A stretch of 64,000 nt of DNA from Schizochytrium sp. TIO01 (GCA_004764695.1 SMSO01000014.1:5218845-5282844); one strand, 5' to 3'. Shown: positions 1 through 14,089, counted from the stretch's first letter. The notes: a model not told the origin generated them from the letters alone. Made by a program: numbers and translations.

Positions 1-3000
1 ATCCGTATCTGGTTATAATTCCAAGCGAATCGGTGCACGTACTTTGTACAAATCTATCATTGAATGCCACGGAAGTCTCTTTGGACGTGGTATGTCCCCT
101 TCAGAACTCCCAAGGGTCTCTGCTGACATTTTATCTTACTAGCTGCTTAATACATGTAAAACAATATGCTGAATTTTTGTGAAGAACAGCGCTATCGGAC
201 GCAAACCGTGATTAGTCAGAATGTTTGTTTTAACTCCTATTATTACCAAGTCTCTTTAGTACTTTAAACATTGATTTGGTGTGTCATGCCAATAGAATCT
301 ATGCATCTACACTGTCTACACGAACTAATGTTATTCCGCTTTTTTTTCCTCCTAGCAAATCATGGGTTAGCATTCCTGCCTGGTCTCCCAAACAACTAGT
401 GTTGATGGAGATTCTATCTAAACCATTGCAGTAAGGGAATAATTGTGTTGCTAGAAATAGGGATTTCTTTTTGGTTTCTTCTTTGATTGAAAAAGATCAA
501 TTCTTTTACTGGTTTACAATTTACAATTTTTTCTAATTTAACATGAAGGCCTGCAAAAACATGTTGAAAATGTTTTGAGGAACTACGCTATTTAGAAGTT
601 TGGAAACCACATTAAAGAGAGCTAGAAGATTTCAGAACCTAAAGTGTCATAGAAATCATGGTTGGCTTACTTATCCATATAATATTAGACGTCTTTTGCA
701 GTGTATATACCATCTCCATGCCTCGTACACCTCTAATATTCGCAAATAGTACTCTGCAGAAGACGTTTCCGAGGCAGAAAGGTCATCGACATGAGTACTA
801 GTGCTGATGGAATGCCTTCAATATTACCTTGTTCGGAGTGCCTTTGTTTTAAACGAACACTGATGTTAATACTGTAACTATCTTTTTCATTTATTTTGCA
901 CGTATATAAGCTATTGTTGGAAGAACTAGATGAATTAAGACACAACAGCAAGCGGAAACCAACGACGCATTCCAACCTTGGAGCTATATTTTCTTTTTAA
1001 AAGAGAGTAAAAAGTTGAATGCACCTTGAAAAATGAGCATTCCTTCTAATTACGTTAAGGAAGTATTCATCAAGAAAGCTGCTTCTCTCTATTACATGGC
1101 GTCTTCTTTGAAATACGATTCGTATTCCTCTTTTTGAAACTTTTTTCTTTGAAAACAAGGCTAAGAAGACATGGGAGTACTGTACTGTTGATAAGATTTG
1201 AAAAAAAAGGTTCGAATATTGAAACACACACACAAAAAACTTTCTAAACAAATATCCGTGGCGATTACAAGCTTTCTTCCATCGTTTTCGTTGATTTTGT
1301 GTTTTCACAACGATAAAAGTGAGGTCAAAGGTAAACAGATTAACGTAGTGGCTCCTTGTCCAACTCATGCATTTGTGTTGACTAGATTGCATACGCACAC
1401 ACGTGTCATTGATTTCTCACTTCTGGCCGGTGGGAACCTCGTTGACATTTTCTTATGAACACCACTCCCGGTTCATCAGGAGCATAGGAATAATCTCCCA
1501 TTTCAGTTGACATAGCAGAGTCTAACAGAATTCCTGCACTTTACAGCTCAGGCCAGTTATTGGAACCGTTGTTCATAATTTAATTGTAACGTCTTCATTT
1601 CAACTGGCCTTATCTGCTTTCCATGCTTGAATTGTGGTTTTTAGATTCGTGAGAGCCATCGACTGCTGAACGATCGAACGGACCTTTTCCCAAGACAGTT
1701 ACTCCTATATATTATGTTATCATGTCAACTCCAGGTTTTGACCCTTTGTATGTGTCTCCTACCGTTCGATTAAGCAAAAGAATAAGTAATTCTTAATTAT
1801 AGAAATTGAAAAAAAAGAGAAAAAAAAGCTGTTCCTATGATGTTGGCTCTCCTTGCTCATTCTTTTGCCTTTCTTTAAAGTAGCTGATTCGTCAAGCGCG
1901 TGTCCTCCAAAAAGTCGCAGGCGTTTCGACTTGCTTGTGTTTCCCCGCTTGATTGTTCAAGCTTCCCCTTCTCGTTGCTGTTTTCAGCTTCTTGCTTTCA
2001 ATTATCTGTGATTACATTTTTTGATACGTTCGATGACTCGACGGTCTCCAGGCTCTGCGCCATCCTGAACGCAACATTAAGTCAGGGCACCAGGCAAGAT
2101 TCTTTTTGGCGCAGATGTGCTTTGTATTGACTCCCCCTCGCACTGATAACAATACTTGTTGCTACGGTTGAGCTAGGTCCCCCTTTGCATGCATGTAAGC
2201 CTAAACTGTTCCCGGTATGTATGGACTCACTAATGATTTACAATGCTACTAAGTAAGAACTGATGTGCTATACCTTTGAATAAGTCGCACTACCAAGATA
2301 CCTAGTAGGCATATTCTTATGTTTTTATGCTTTTTTACTCTTATTGATTATGCCCGTGTCAGATTTTCTAACGTTTGCATTCAGTTCTCTTCTCCCATGG
2401 TTACTCTCGCCAGGTACGTGTGATTTTAATTTTTTAAATATACCTACTACTATTGCGTCAACTTAAAAGAGGCGAAATGATCACCCTTTTCTTTCATAAA
2501 ATCAGAGCTGTTTGCCAAAAAAACTTTTCTCTATCATCGAGATAGCTAGGCACTAAATGATGAGTTCATTTACTTCTGTTTAGTAACTAGAAGCACTTTT
2601 AGGTGTAGTTCTTCCTCTCAAATCAATATTCTATAGTCACTTCTTCTCTCTCTCCTCCTCCTCTTCCTCCGCCTTGCTGCAGACTCTGCTTTAAGGTTAG
2701 AACCTCTCGACGGTCAGCAGGACCAAGCTAAGTGCTGCTGATTATTTTGCTGCGTGCAAGAAACGAAAGAGTAGTCCGGCCAACGAAGTTTGAGTCGTTG
2801 CATTCATTAAATTACACAAGGTAAATCGTGTTGCTTCTCAAAGTTCAAGCGCTACGCTCCTCCAGCTTGCGCTGTGTCGCCTCTATTCTGCCGTGCTCTC
2901 TACGGTGCTATTTTGCCAAGCCGTGCCCTGAGCTGCTCTGCCAGGGTTAAACTTTGCAAACCTCCAGTTCGTGAGCTTTTGTGTTGACCTGCTTTTTTGA

Positions 3001-3051
3001 ACGTAACGCACTTCACAAAACAAGGACCCTCGCCGGGCTTTGCTTGCCGCC

Positions 3052-3212
3052 ATGCAATTCGCGGCGCCTGCCCCTCGAACTCCCCCTGTGAGCAAACGTC
3101 GTCTTCGCAACGTGTATCAACATCCGAATCTTTTGAACCAGAGCCAAACAAATATAGGGACTGTCAGGGGCGCAAGAGCTCCTACACCGCAGAAGAACTT
3201 TAAATATTTGCC

Positions 3213-3252
<40 letters not shown>

Positions 3253-5207
3253 CAACAACAACAACGACGACAACAGCAGAGGCCACAGCAGCAAGGAGAT
3301 TATCTTCATCAGAATCATGGCGAGAAATCCGGGAGAGGCTCTTCCATCGCACAGATCTCACGATCACCTCAGTTATCTCCCAGGAACCTAGACTCGTATA
3401 GTGTGCGTCAGCAATACCATGCCCGCCCATGGTCGAGCTCGCCGAACCCAAACCGCACGGAATCTATTACCTGGATTGCTCATGAGATTGACACTGAAAG
3501 CTCCCTTGCCTCAAGCTCTGCTTCCTATGAGGAATACTATGATGATGAATATAATGACGGGGAGGAAAACTATGATGATAGCTACTATAGCGAAAGCTAT
3601 GAAGGGAGCGAAGAGAGCTCTTTGCAAATCATTGATTTGATGGATCCTATTCACCGTCGGGACCATGAGCTAGCTGAAAGCGAAGATGATTTTTGTTGTG
3701 ACTTATCTAACCTTCGGGCTCGAGGACTAGAGGACTCACGCTTAGGAGATTTAATCACTACCGTGAGTGAGAGCGCTCGTATGCTTGATCTTGCAGGCAA
3801 TTCATTGTCTTGGCTTCCTGTTCTCCCTGCTAGGCTCTGCGTACTGAACCTCCGAGGCAATTCACTTCAATCTTTACGTGAACTCGAGCATTTGCTTTGT
3901 CTGGAAGAGCTAGATGTGAGCGAAAACCTCCTTACAAGTCTTGAGGGGCTATTTCTGTGTGCGCAGACACTACGAACTCTAAATGCTCGAAGTAATAAGT
4001 TGCGATGTGTGAATGGCTTGGAAACAATGGTTTCATTGCAACATTTGGATGTCTCTCAAAACCATATTGCTAAGTTAAGTGCCTTGCGAGGCCTTTCGTG
4101 TAACATAAACTTGACTGAGTTACGTCTTGCAGGGAACCCAGTTACGTGTTTAGGAACGTTTCGTCAACTCATGATGGACATGAACCCGAGCGTTCGAATA
4201 CTTGACGATCAACTTGTAAGTATATCTCCCCAAGTGGGAGGCCAAGGTCACAAAGAGTGGAGTTATGGTGGTCTCCATGCGTCACGCGTGGCGCGAATGA
4301 AAGAAGCTAAGTCCAAACTTATCCGTAAAAACGAATTGGCTGTGGCTTTGAAGTCCGAGGAGGGTGCTAAGTCTACAAAATGCCCTAATCCTAATTCTCG
4401 CAGTAACATGCAAAGTAGTGCTCAAAAAGAAAGAATCCGACAGAATGGTAAGCCCTCTACGACTGGCACACACCACTCCTCATCAGAACCTTCAAAGGTA
4501 CCCTTTGCTCGATCTCTTGTCCCTGACTATGGCAAATCCTCTCAAAGGCGGAAAGGTGGTAATACTGCTGAAAGTGATCCCCACCGCCGAAGCTCGCAGA
4601 ATTTCAATCACAAAGGAGCAAATAAGACGAATTTAAATGCTAACGCCCTTTCCCGTGACTCGCGTCATCTTCACGGAAGCTTGCGCTCAGAGCAGAAGAA
4701 AGAAGATTTACAATCTCGTAAAGAACGTGCGATGGCGAAGGCTGCGAGACTGCGTGAGCGGCAACAGTTAAAGCGCCAACAACAGCGTCAGCAACACTTA
4801 TTGGAGCAACAACGCGCTGTCAAAACGCAAAGTTTTTCTGCTAGCGCACTTGATAGGATTGCTCACCCGCCCCCTGGAGAACCAATTGAGGTTGATGAGA
4901 GTTTTGAAGACTTTTTGCAAGAGTCTGATGCTCGTCGCGTTGTAGAGCAAATGCGCCAAGCTATGATGCTTCGCCAAGGAAGCACATATCAACCACGTCC
5001 GCTCGCTGATCCATTAGCGATTTTAGAATTATCGCAGGTACAAGAACCGCGCGAAGTGCGTGGAGCAAATCGCGCAGATTCAAGTGCCTCTCTTCTTGAA
5101 AACCTCAAATCTCGTGGAACACGAGGCTATAGCAAAATAGAAATTCAGGATTATTCGAGAAATAATTCGAAAGAGTTTGACCACGGTGACGATGACGATG
5201 ACGATGT

Positions 5208-5238
<31 letters not shown>

Positions 5239-5367
5239 AATGACGATGACAATGATGATGACGAGATTACCGGTCGTATTCGCCAACTTCTAGCACAGAA
5301 AAAGGCCAACCTTAAGTCTCTCACCACAGCTCTCCGGCACAATCGAAGTAGCTACGATGCCATCTGA
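3052..5367 (+). CDS. Leucine-rich repeat protein (SDS22-like LRRs with LRR-cap), with polyQ and polyD tracts
   Basis: Long ORF; first ATG at 3052 (track starts at TTG 3040). Consecutive LxxLxLxxNxL units (LCVLNLRGNSL, LEELDVSENLL, LRTLNARSNKL, LQHLDVSQNHI), then cap LAGNPVT..FRQLMMDMNPSVRILD. CAG/CAA run ~3213-3263, GAT/GAC run ~5188-5262. Confidence 0.9.
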
Positions 5368-6685
5368 CTCTGAGCTAAAGAGCATGACTTTGATTTTTCT
5401 TCTTTCTTTTCTTTTCGCAAACCTTTTGTAGAATACCACTATTAATGGCCAAGGTGAATATCAGAGAGAACAGTTTTAATATTATGAGACTAATATTGTG
5501 CATGTTGATTCTGCTCCTAGTGTGTTAAGTTCGGAACATCTTGTGAGTTCTATGTCTTGTTAATATAGGGATATGTCTCGCCACTTTTCTCTGCTGAATT
5601 TTTGTCTTGACTTCTCTCTTTTTCCTCTGAAGACTAAACTTTAGTATATAAATAAATACATTCACGGACATTCAGATTTTCAGAACATATGGAGAACAAT
5701 ATTGATTGATGGTCACACTCAACTTTTTATTGCAGTAATTGTTGTGAGTGAGTTAAGTACTATGATAAGTCTTACCAACCCAAAGACCATTGATATGATT
5801 GAAAAATTGGAAATAGAACAAATAATTGAACATTATCACACCTTTGTGTGAATATAGAAAAGCTGCAGTGACGACGCGGTTTTCTTTTGTAGAGGCCACT
5901 ATGAATAGTACTCCTACAAGTGAGAAATATACGCATAACTTATAATAACGCCAAGAGCATCCCTAAAGAATGGAAGCGTAAAAGTAAAAGCACGCAAATC
6001 AACAGGCAGAAAAAGGACAGACGTGTGTCCGTTCTTCAATATCCTGTTGATTGATTTTTGGGCTTCAAGTTGCAAATTAAGCCAATGCAAATTTATAATG
6101 CGCATCGAAAAGCTTGTATCTTGCATGGTAGAAGACTTTGGGTGTTTCAGTCACTATCTGAATAACTTAGATGAGTGTTTGAAGATTCAACCAGGTAGTA
6201 TGACTTGTGGTGAGCCTGTTCCTAGGTTTTCACGTTCAGTCATACTTAATTTAGGAATATGGCTCGCATGACGGTACACAACGAGGTACAGCCATGTCCT
6301 AGGCTCAATAATGTATTTTTAGATCGAGAGTTGGGTTGATGGACGCACATATATGTGGGTCTATATGATGCCTATGCATGTGTAGGAATTCGAATGCGTT
6401 GCATACATGAGCATTTAATTAATACACACATAACTATATTCATAAATGCATGAACATACAAGCGCTCATTCATCTAGGTTTTTAAATGGATGCATTTGAA
6501 AAAAACGGTTATGCGCTCCTATAAATTTCTGTGCAATTCCCCCTGGGAATATGCTATTATGCCTTGGGAAATAATTTTGATGGTACTAGATTTCGTTGGC
6601 ATTAGTATATCTATCAGGAACTCTGTGCATACTGTGGCTAAGGTTTTTGGTGGCGTGAAGGATAGGCTCTACGCTTTTTCTCTCC

Positions 6686-7117
6686 TCAGACCAGTCCAAG
6701 GAACTTGTGAGTTTCTTCGAGTCCCAATACATCCTTGCTCTTAAGCTGCTCAAAGAGCCATCCTTCTAGCGCTCCCTGTCTCGTGAGGAGGAAGTTTTCG
6801 TCGTATCGATTCCAAGGCCAGCCTTTGGGTGGGAACTCACAAGCTTCTTCACAGAGAAGCCCACGCTTGTCGAGGTCCGTGCGGAACTGCACAAAGTCAT
6901 TGTAGCGGTGCTTGCGAGTCCACTGCCGCGGGCCATGAGCTCCCGAGGCCTGGGCACTCTCAGCCACATCGCCGTCACCACGCTCCATTTCTAGCACAAA
7001 CTCCACGAAGGCACCAGGGTCTGCAACTTCATGGCCAACGCAGCGCACTGTAAAGAAGTTCCTTCCAAAGCGACGCGACCATTGCTTGGGCGTGAAGAAG
7101 ACGGCGTCTTCAGACAT
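6686..7117 (-). CDS. Stand-alone PX (phox homology) domain protein
   Basis: 143-aa ATG-initiated ORF with PX hallmarks WTRKHRYNDFVQF, FPPK and DENFLLTRQGALEGWL. Confidence 0.85.
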   Translation of the reverse strand: MSEDAVFFTPKQWSRRFGRNFFTVRCVGHEVADPGAFVEFVLEMERGDGDVAESAQASGAHGPRQWTRKHRYNDFVQFRTDLDKRGLLCEEACEFPPKGWPWNRYDENFLLTRQGALEGWLFEQLKSKDVLGLEETHKFLGLV

Positions 7118-7371
7118 TGGTTGGAGGGGGCGTGGTCACAGAAGGCGATGGAGGGAGTAACGGAAGACTTAGAGAGGGGGGAGAACAAGGATGTCTAACA
7201 CAACAGCAGAGTCAAGCTCAAAGCAGCAGATAGTTGCGGGATTGATTGAAGTTGTTTGATTGCCTTCTAACTATTAACAGAACTCTTTTTATTTTATATC
7301 ATCGCCTATCTAGGTAGTACTATAGATTTTTAATGACCTTTTTTCAACTTGAAGATTTAAAGCTTCTCATG

Positions 7372-7424
7372 TCTTCTTCTTCTTCTTCTTCTTCTTCTTC
7401 TTCTTCTTCTTCTTCTTCTTCTTC
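7372..7424. repeat. (TTC)n microsatellite, ~17 units
   Basis: Perfect trinucleotide run read directly. Confidence 0.97.
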
Positions 7425-8270
7425 GTAATTATCCAGCACATGATGATCAAGTAGTGTGAGTACTTAGTTAGTTATTATTACCTTCTCATGATGCGTACTA
7501 GGGTACTACTCATTCAAAGCATTTAAATCTCATGCATATACTAGGCCCAAGCCTGGACAGGTCAAGTAAGTGATTGTTTTAACTTTCAACTCATTACCTC
7601 TGACTGATGAAAGTGAGGTAGGAAGTCTGTTAGTAGCACATTGAGAAAGGAATATAAAAAGAAAAGTTCTTCTACCTTTGATTCAATTCTGGTCAATGTG
7701 ATCATCCATTCAGATCAGCAATTTAACGACATTTACAATCTATCTGAGTATGAATCCAGCAATCACTAATGCAGGCAGAAGGCTCTTTACCGTCAGACTA
7801 TCTGAGGCTCTCGAAAGATTTCTAGCTGCGACCTTCAATGAACAAAATGAACAAGAAGATGTAGCGGCTACCTACCACTACCTTAGCTACCTACTAAGCA
7901 AGTTTTGTTTTTGTTTTTGTTTCTGTTTTTGTTTGTTTTATGGTCACTCGAAAGAAGTACCTACTAGGTAGTAGCCCCCTTCTACTACGTCAAAGTATTC
8001 GTCATAATCATCAGCTCAAGTTTTATTTGTTCGTCCTCTGCTGGTGATGTGGTGGGGTGCAACTGCGAAGCTATTACCAATGAATCAACAATGATTATTT
8101 ATTTATATCGCTAAAAGCTAATTTGTTGGGTAATTATCGATGTCTGGCCATGCCTCGACTGGATATCTCTTTCAGTTCCTTTTGCCTGACTTCTTTCGTC
8201 TCTTCGTTTTCTTCTCTTCTGCGACTCTCGGCTCTTCTACCTTTCTCTTTTACCCTTTTCCCTAAAGTTG

Positions 8271-8442
8271 CGAAAACAGTTCATTCATGAACTATGATAA
8301 ACTGTTGTAAGCTGGTTATGTTGTAGACGTAGTAGTGTTCGAGTGGAACATCATCGAAAACAGTTCATTCATGAACTATGATAAACTGTTGTAAGCTGGT
8401 TATGTTGTAGACGTAGTAGTGTTCGAGTGGAACATCATCGAA
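8271..8442. repeat. Perfect 84-bp tandem duplication (2 copies)
   Basis: CGAAAACAGTTCATTCATG...GTGGAACATCAT starts at 8271 and again at 8355, with identical copies. Confidence 0.95.
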
Positions 8443-10639
8443 CGTCGAAAAGCAAACTTGGGCGAACGGAAAATTGTACTAAATGAATAGAATTGGTTAA
8501 ACTCCACTTTCTCAGAGGTCATTATGGTTCTTGCAGTTGAAGGTTTACCTCAGTAAAAGGTTTGAAAAGAATAGTGAGAGAACATGTTTTTCTAACAAGT
8601 AGGTGAAGGTTATTAGGTACGTCGTGGAAAATTAAAACCATGGTTCTAAAGATGCACTTAGATAGGTAGGCATGTAGTAAGATACCTACCCACACGTCTA
8701 CTTCGCCATTTTGGATCCCATCTCCAAATAACCCTATTTCGTATCGCGGAACCAGACGTATGTCTCCTAGAAAGTCAGAAATATCGTTAGTGAACTAAAA
8801 ACACTCACCAATCAGAAGAGAAGGATTGACTTAATTGAAGGTATTCAGGTGAGCCAACGAAGAAGAAGAGTCGATGACGGTCTAATCGACTTGTGAGATC
8901 CAGGTACCTCCCAACCTATCAGAAAAGAATTCAATTTGGGAACTTGGGAGGACACATTGGTGGTTTCGTATGCAGCCTTACGAGAAAACCAGCATAAGCC
9001 AAAAGCCTGGGAGAGCTAAAGATATAAGTCTGGTCATCATGGTGGGAAGAGTACCTACTCATCGCCCAAAGCGGTAAAGTTGTAGCATAGTAGTCGAGTC
9101 CTGCATTAGTATCCTCAGTATTTTAAAATATACAAAACTTCAAGTTGATGCTCTGACAATGACGAAGCTTTACAAAGCTGCACAAAATTCGTGACTTGAT
9201 GCTCTCTGACGAGTCTTCGAGCTCACAACCGTTACGAGGACTTGGTGGATTGCCTTTATTTTAAAATTCTCAATGAAACCCAGATTGCTTACTTTACCAT
9301 GAGGTACTTGATTCTTGCTCTTGATTTTATTAATGGTGCTCCTTCCGATTGTGAGACTGCGATATTGTGGTACTGCATCTAAATCAAAGGGAGTTTCATG
9401 GCCCTGTGCCTCTTTCTTGTATTTACCATGGCGAATATCGCATGGCCTTGTACCTTTGGATTTGTTGGAGAATTTTCCTGATATGTTTGGTTCTCTTTAT
9501 GCTAATTCATTTATGCTTTGTCGCAGCAACCAGGATGATTTTGAGAAGTGCATATTCCCTTTGGCTTTTTAATCATCTTTGTAGGATAATAGAAAACAAA
9601 GTGAGTCTTTCGTCAACGTTTCTTTCTTCTCCATTTTGAAGATTTAGAGAACACCAACATGAATAGTTAAAACATTTACTTGTCGCATTTAAAACAAAAA
9701 TGGGCACCTCAAAACCAAACTTGATAGCTAAATAAAAGCACCACAGCGTAAGGTGACGTACGCTTGAAGTTATGTTTGCTAAGGTAGTCTGGAAAGACAT
9801 TCCTTTCCCCCCCTGGGTCAGAGTGGATCCTCCACACTTAGAAGGTATTTCACACAGATCTCGCCCACTGTGCAGTAGAGGCTTTACCTTAATTGTTCGT
9901 GAAAGTCAAGTTCGCTTATTTTTTATTTTTTTTTAGTATTAGCTTTCGCAATACCTAGCTAGCAACTTCAATGTAGAACACTTATTCATTATATTAAAAA
10001 AATAGATAAGAATTAAGGTTAAAATTAAAATGCAAAAGAAGGCTGATAATCACAGGAAAAATAACCAATCTTCTTATTCTTTGGATTTCAAGATTTCTTT
10101 ATCTACGGTTCCGAACTTTCATACCGTCAGTGGCAGTACCCAGTTTATCAAATTAATTCACCATTTCAAAGGTATGCTATACTTGACTTGATTTTTTAGA
10201 AGAGGAGTAAATTTAAGGCTTTATTTTTGCCAAGCCACATCATCCTGCATTTTGGCAAATATTTTTCTCGTCTGAAGTAAGCTTTCATCCTGCATTGACT
10301 ACCTCTACGCGATCCTGAATATAATTTATTTTATCATGCCATTCTTTGAAAGCGGAATCATATTGTGTAACTTTGATGACGATGCATGTTATGCTTTTAT
10401 GTAAACAATTGCGTTGCGCAAAACATGCCCACGTGGCGGCCTAGCTTGGAGCTAAGCAGTACTACTCTATTTCTTAATGTTCCTGGGTGAATACAAATGC
10501 ACCTCAAAAAATTTAAAGAGAACCTTGGATATAAGTAGTACCCACTGCTCCCAAACCACAACCACTATCAAGTCATCCGACAAAGAGACCCCTTCTACTG
10601 CTCAGCTTGGAGCTCAGCTAACCTTGAATCCCGCACACC

Positions 10640-12664
10640 ATGGACGGTGGTGAACAAGGTTCCCACATGCAGCTGCATGAGCTCTTGCGTACTGTCAAGG
10701 AGCTCAAGGCCAAGCTTGCCGAGCTCACCACCGCAGGCCCGGGCGTCTCCGCGACCGGCTCAGGTTTCATCGACTCCAGCGCAAGTCGCCCTGTAGCAAA
10801 CGGAGCTAGTAGGAGCCACAACCCTGATGGCCCTGGATTGCAAGCAGTGCCGTGCGTGGAGCGCGTGCCTTTGCAGGGTCCGATGAGTAGCGAAGTTCAC
10901 GCAGACAACCCTTACAGCCGACTCTTGGCTCTTAAAAATATGGGCGTGGTGCCCAATTATGAGAAGATTCGCGAGTGCAGCGTCATGATCGTGGGCCTCG
11001 GAGGTGTTGGAGCAGTTGCTGCAGAGATGCTCACACGATGCGGCGTGGGTAAACTTTTGCTTTTCGACTATGACTCTGTTGAGATGGCCAATATGAATCG
11101 CATGTTCTTTTGCCCAGAACATGTTGGAAGAAACAAAACAGAAGCCGCCAAGGAGGTCCTTGAGACTATTAACCCGGATGTTGAGTTTGAGCCCTACAAT
11201 TACGATGTGACATTGATGGATAATTGGGAACATTTTGTTGACCGCGTTCAACATGGTGGTGTGGATGGTCAATCCCCAGTCACCCTTGTACTTTCATGTG
11301 TTGACAACTACGCAGCTCGTATGGCAGTCAACCAGGCATGTACGGAACATAATCAACCTTGGATGGAGTCTGGAGTTTCGGAGTCGGCGGTTTCTGGACA
11401 CATTCAATTCATGCTGCCAGGTCGCTCCGCCTGCTTTGCATGTGTTCCTCCCCTTGTTCTTGCTGAAGGTATTGATGAGAGCTCGTTAAAGCGCGAAGGT
11501 GTTTGTGCTGCATCACTACCCACTACAATGGGTATCGTTGCTGGTCTTCTCGTGCAGAACGCTCTGAAGTTCATGCTTGGGTTTGGTCAGGTATCATACT
11601 ACCTGTCATATGATGCAATGGGAAATTTCTTCCCGAGCTCGATTGTTCGCCCTAATCCTGAGTGCGCTCTGCCAGCATGTCATGACCGTCAGGGTGAATA
11701 CTACGGCCACTGGCAACCTGAAATTTGGGAAGGCACTGCTGGGGCTACAGATAATGCTCCAGTAGTGCATGAAAGCAACGGATGGGGCATTGAGTTGAGC
11801 GATCAACAGGAGCTTGAGCATGCCAGTGCTCAGCCAGAGGCAGATTCGTACGTATACACTGATGAGAACAACGACTTGGACTACTACAGAAACCAATTCA
11901 ATGAAGTGCAAGATCTTAATGCCGATACCACAGCTGACTCGTCACACAACGAATACTATGCGGAGGAGGGCATCGCGTCAAATGCAGAAGAAGACATTGC
12001 ACCGCCTAGCCAGGACGAGTACTACGCAGAGCAGGAACATGCCTCACCTCCTCCGCAAGATGGCTCTTATACAGAACAAGAGACAGTCTCGCCTCCACCG
12101 CAAGATAAATTCTATGCAGAGAACCATGATGGTGCTCCTCTTTCACAAGATGGTTTGGACGCAGGGCAGGGTAGCGTCGCACCTCCGCCGATTGGTGGGT
12201 TTTACGCAGGGCAAGATGCGTCGCCGCAAGAAGAACAGGATATGGTCGCACCTCCCCCCCCAGGTGGTTACTATTCACAAGAGGGTGGTGCTGAGGCTCC
12301 TCCTCCTCCTCCTTCCGGTGGATATTACGGCCAAGAAAATACAGAATCTGCATACACAGGTACTCAAGGTGTAGCCACAAGTGGCATCAACGGTAGTTCA
12401 GAGTCGGGTCAGCACCAGCAAAACCCTTGGCAAGAAGGGAGCCTTAGTGAGGGCGGCGAATCCTCTCCGGGAGGTGTAGCTGGAGTTGCTGTAGATGGTA
12501 ACGATTCCTATGAGGAAGAGCCTGAAAGTTCCGAATTGGCATCATATTCAGCCAGGCCGAGTCAGCACCAGTCAGGTTGGCCCACGCCATCGTACGATAA
12601 TGCACAAGAAGGCTATGAAACTTATCAAAAAGATGAAAACGATGGTGTAGCAGGCCTTCTCTGA
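10640..12664 (+). CDS. UBA5: UFM1-activating enzyme E1 (UBA5) with long C-terminal repeat extension
   Basis: [13 protein letters not shown], ThiF nucleotide-binding [18 protein letters not shown], catalytic-Cys region [16 protein letters not shown], and UFM1-interacting motif [10 protein letters not shown]. Confidence 0.95.
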   Translation: MDGGEQGSHMQLHELLRTVKELKAKLAELTTAGPGVSATGSGFIDSSASRPVANGASRSHNPDGPGLQAVPCVERVPLQGPMSSEVHADNPYSRLLALKNMGVVPNYEKIRECSVMIVGLGGVGAVAAEMLTRCGVGKLLLFDYDSVEMANMNRMFFCPEHVGRNKTEAAKEVLETINPDVEFEPYNYDVTLMDNWEHFVDRVQHGGVDGQSPVTLVLSCVDNYAARMAVNQACTEHNQPWMESGVSESAVSGHIQFMLPGRSACFACVPPLVLAEGIDESSLKREGVCAASLPTTMGIVAGLLVQNALKFMLGFGQVSYYLSYDAMGNFFPSSIVRPNPECALPACHDRQGEYYGHWQPEIWEGTAGATDNAPVVHESNGWGIELSDQQELEHASAQPEADSYVYTDENNDLDYYRNQFNEVQDLNADTTADSSHNEYYAEEGIASNAEEDIAPPSQDEYYAEQEHASPPPQDGSYTEQETVSPPPQDKFYAENHDGAPLSQDGLDAGQGSVAPPPIGGFYAGQDASPQEEQDMVAPPPPGGYYSQEGGAEAPPPPPSGGYYGQENTESAYTGTQGVATSGINGSSESGQHQQNPWQEGSLSEGGESSPGGVAGVAVDGNDSYEEEPESSELASYSARPSQHQSGWPTPSYDNAQEGYETYQKDENDGVAGLL

Positions 12665-13084
12665 TTTAAAAAAACAGTTCTATCTTAGGTTTGCTAGTCA
12701 TATTGTTTGTAAGCAGGGAGACAAAAGCTTATAGCGCAAGGTAAATACGCCTGTTTCTCATACTTTTGCATAAATTAGAAAAACTATTAAAAAAATAAAA
12801 TTTACTACCATATATCATTTTCGGATATCAGAGAAGCAGAAAACTATTGTTGCAAAGTTTGTAAAACCACCCCCCTATTCTCAAACAAAACATGGCATGT
12901 CTAAAGACTAAAGAGTTCTCAAGCCTTTGGATAATGTCTTGTAAGCTCTGAGTTTACATCAGGCATTTTCCAGTTACCTTGCTTGAAATCTCTGTCCGTT
13001 GTTCATGGCGACTTCAAAAAATAAGTTCAACAATTAAGATAGAAATGAGGGAGTTCTTTATATGATGTGGGCGTAGCAGTGAGT

Positions 13085-14089
13085 CTACAAAATAGAGACG
13101 ACAATCTTACCAATGCTGGCATTTGTCTCCATGTACGCATGCGCATCAGGAAATGAGGAGATACCTTGAAAACTTTTCGTATCGCGCACAGGCTTGAGTA
13201 CCTTTGAACCAAACTTTTGAAAAGTTTCTTCGACAAACTTCTTGCACAGCTCGCCTTTGTATTCATTGGAACGTGCACGAAGTGTTGTGCCAAGAATCTG
13301 AATACGTTTCCTGATAATATGGCCTAGTAGCGCTGGCATTACACCATTTTGAGGACCGCCTCCAAGAAATCCAAAGAAAACCCAGCGTCCGTCTGAGGCA
13401 ATTGCCTTTGCGTTGTTTTCTACATAAGGGTAGCCCACTGGATCATGGACGATGTCGACGCCCTTGCCGTCCGTGGCATCGAGAACCTTTTGAGCCCAGT
13501 CTTCACTCTTGTAGTTAAAGCCATCGGTGGCACCAAGGCTCTTACAAAAATCAATTTTCTGCTGTGAGCCTGCGGTTACAAAGATAGTCTTCATTCCGAA
13601 AACGTGGCGTGCGAGCTGAATAGCTGCTGTTCCCACACCGCTTGCGCCTGCATGGATAAGGATTGAGTCTTCCGGCTTAGCCTTCGCGACGAGCCAGAGG
13701 TGTTGGAAGGCGGTAAGCCACACTTCAGGCACAGCAGCAGCCTCTTCAAAACTCTGGTCGTCTGGAATGCTCAGAACCTGACGCTCATCTACCACAGCAT
13801 ACTCCGCATAACCACCCCCGCTGAGCAGTGCAGAAACACGAGATCCTTTGTCCCATTTTATTTCGCATCCTGATCCCACGCCTGCGATTTCACCGGCACA
13901 CTCGAGCCCAAGCACGTCTGTAGCACCTGGGGGAGGAGGGTAGTTGCCTTGGACTTGCATAAGGTCTGCGCGGTTAAGTGCTGTGGCATGGATCTTGATG
14001 AGCACTTCGCGACCGGTCGGCTCCGGCACTTCACGCTCCTCCTCCTTGAGAGCGCCATTTTCCGCAACCATGCAATGCATTGTGGGCAT
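13085..14089 (-). CDS. NAD(P)H quinone oxidoreductase, PIG3/TP53I3 family (MDR superfamily)
   Basis: ALNRADLMQVQGNYPPPPGATDVLGLECAG, GGGYAEY, AAAVPEVWLTAF, LIHAGASGVGTAAIQLA, GTTLRARS, GKIVV. First ATG at 14089. Confidence 0.93.
   Translation of the reverse strand: MPTMHCMVAENGALKEEEREVPEPTGREVLIKIHATALNRADLMQVQGNYPPPPGATDVLGLECAGEIAGVGSGCEIKWDKGSRVSALLSGGGYAEYAVVDERQVLSIPDDQSFEEAAAVPEVWLTAFQHLWLVAKAKPEDSILIHAGASGVGTAAIQLARHVFGMKTIFVTAGSQQKIDFCKSLGATDGFNYKSEDWAQKVLDATDGKGVDIVHDPVGYPYVENNAKAIASDGRWVFFGFLGGGPQNGVMPALLGHIIRKRIQILGTTLRARSNEYKGELCKKFVEETFQKFGSKVLKPVRDTKSFQGISSFPDAHAYMETNASIGKIVVSIL

Noticed and set aside
11814-12380. Alternative-frame and antisense ORFs in the UBA5 tail
   Set aside because: By-products of the repetitive coding sequence.
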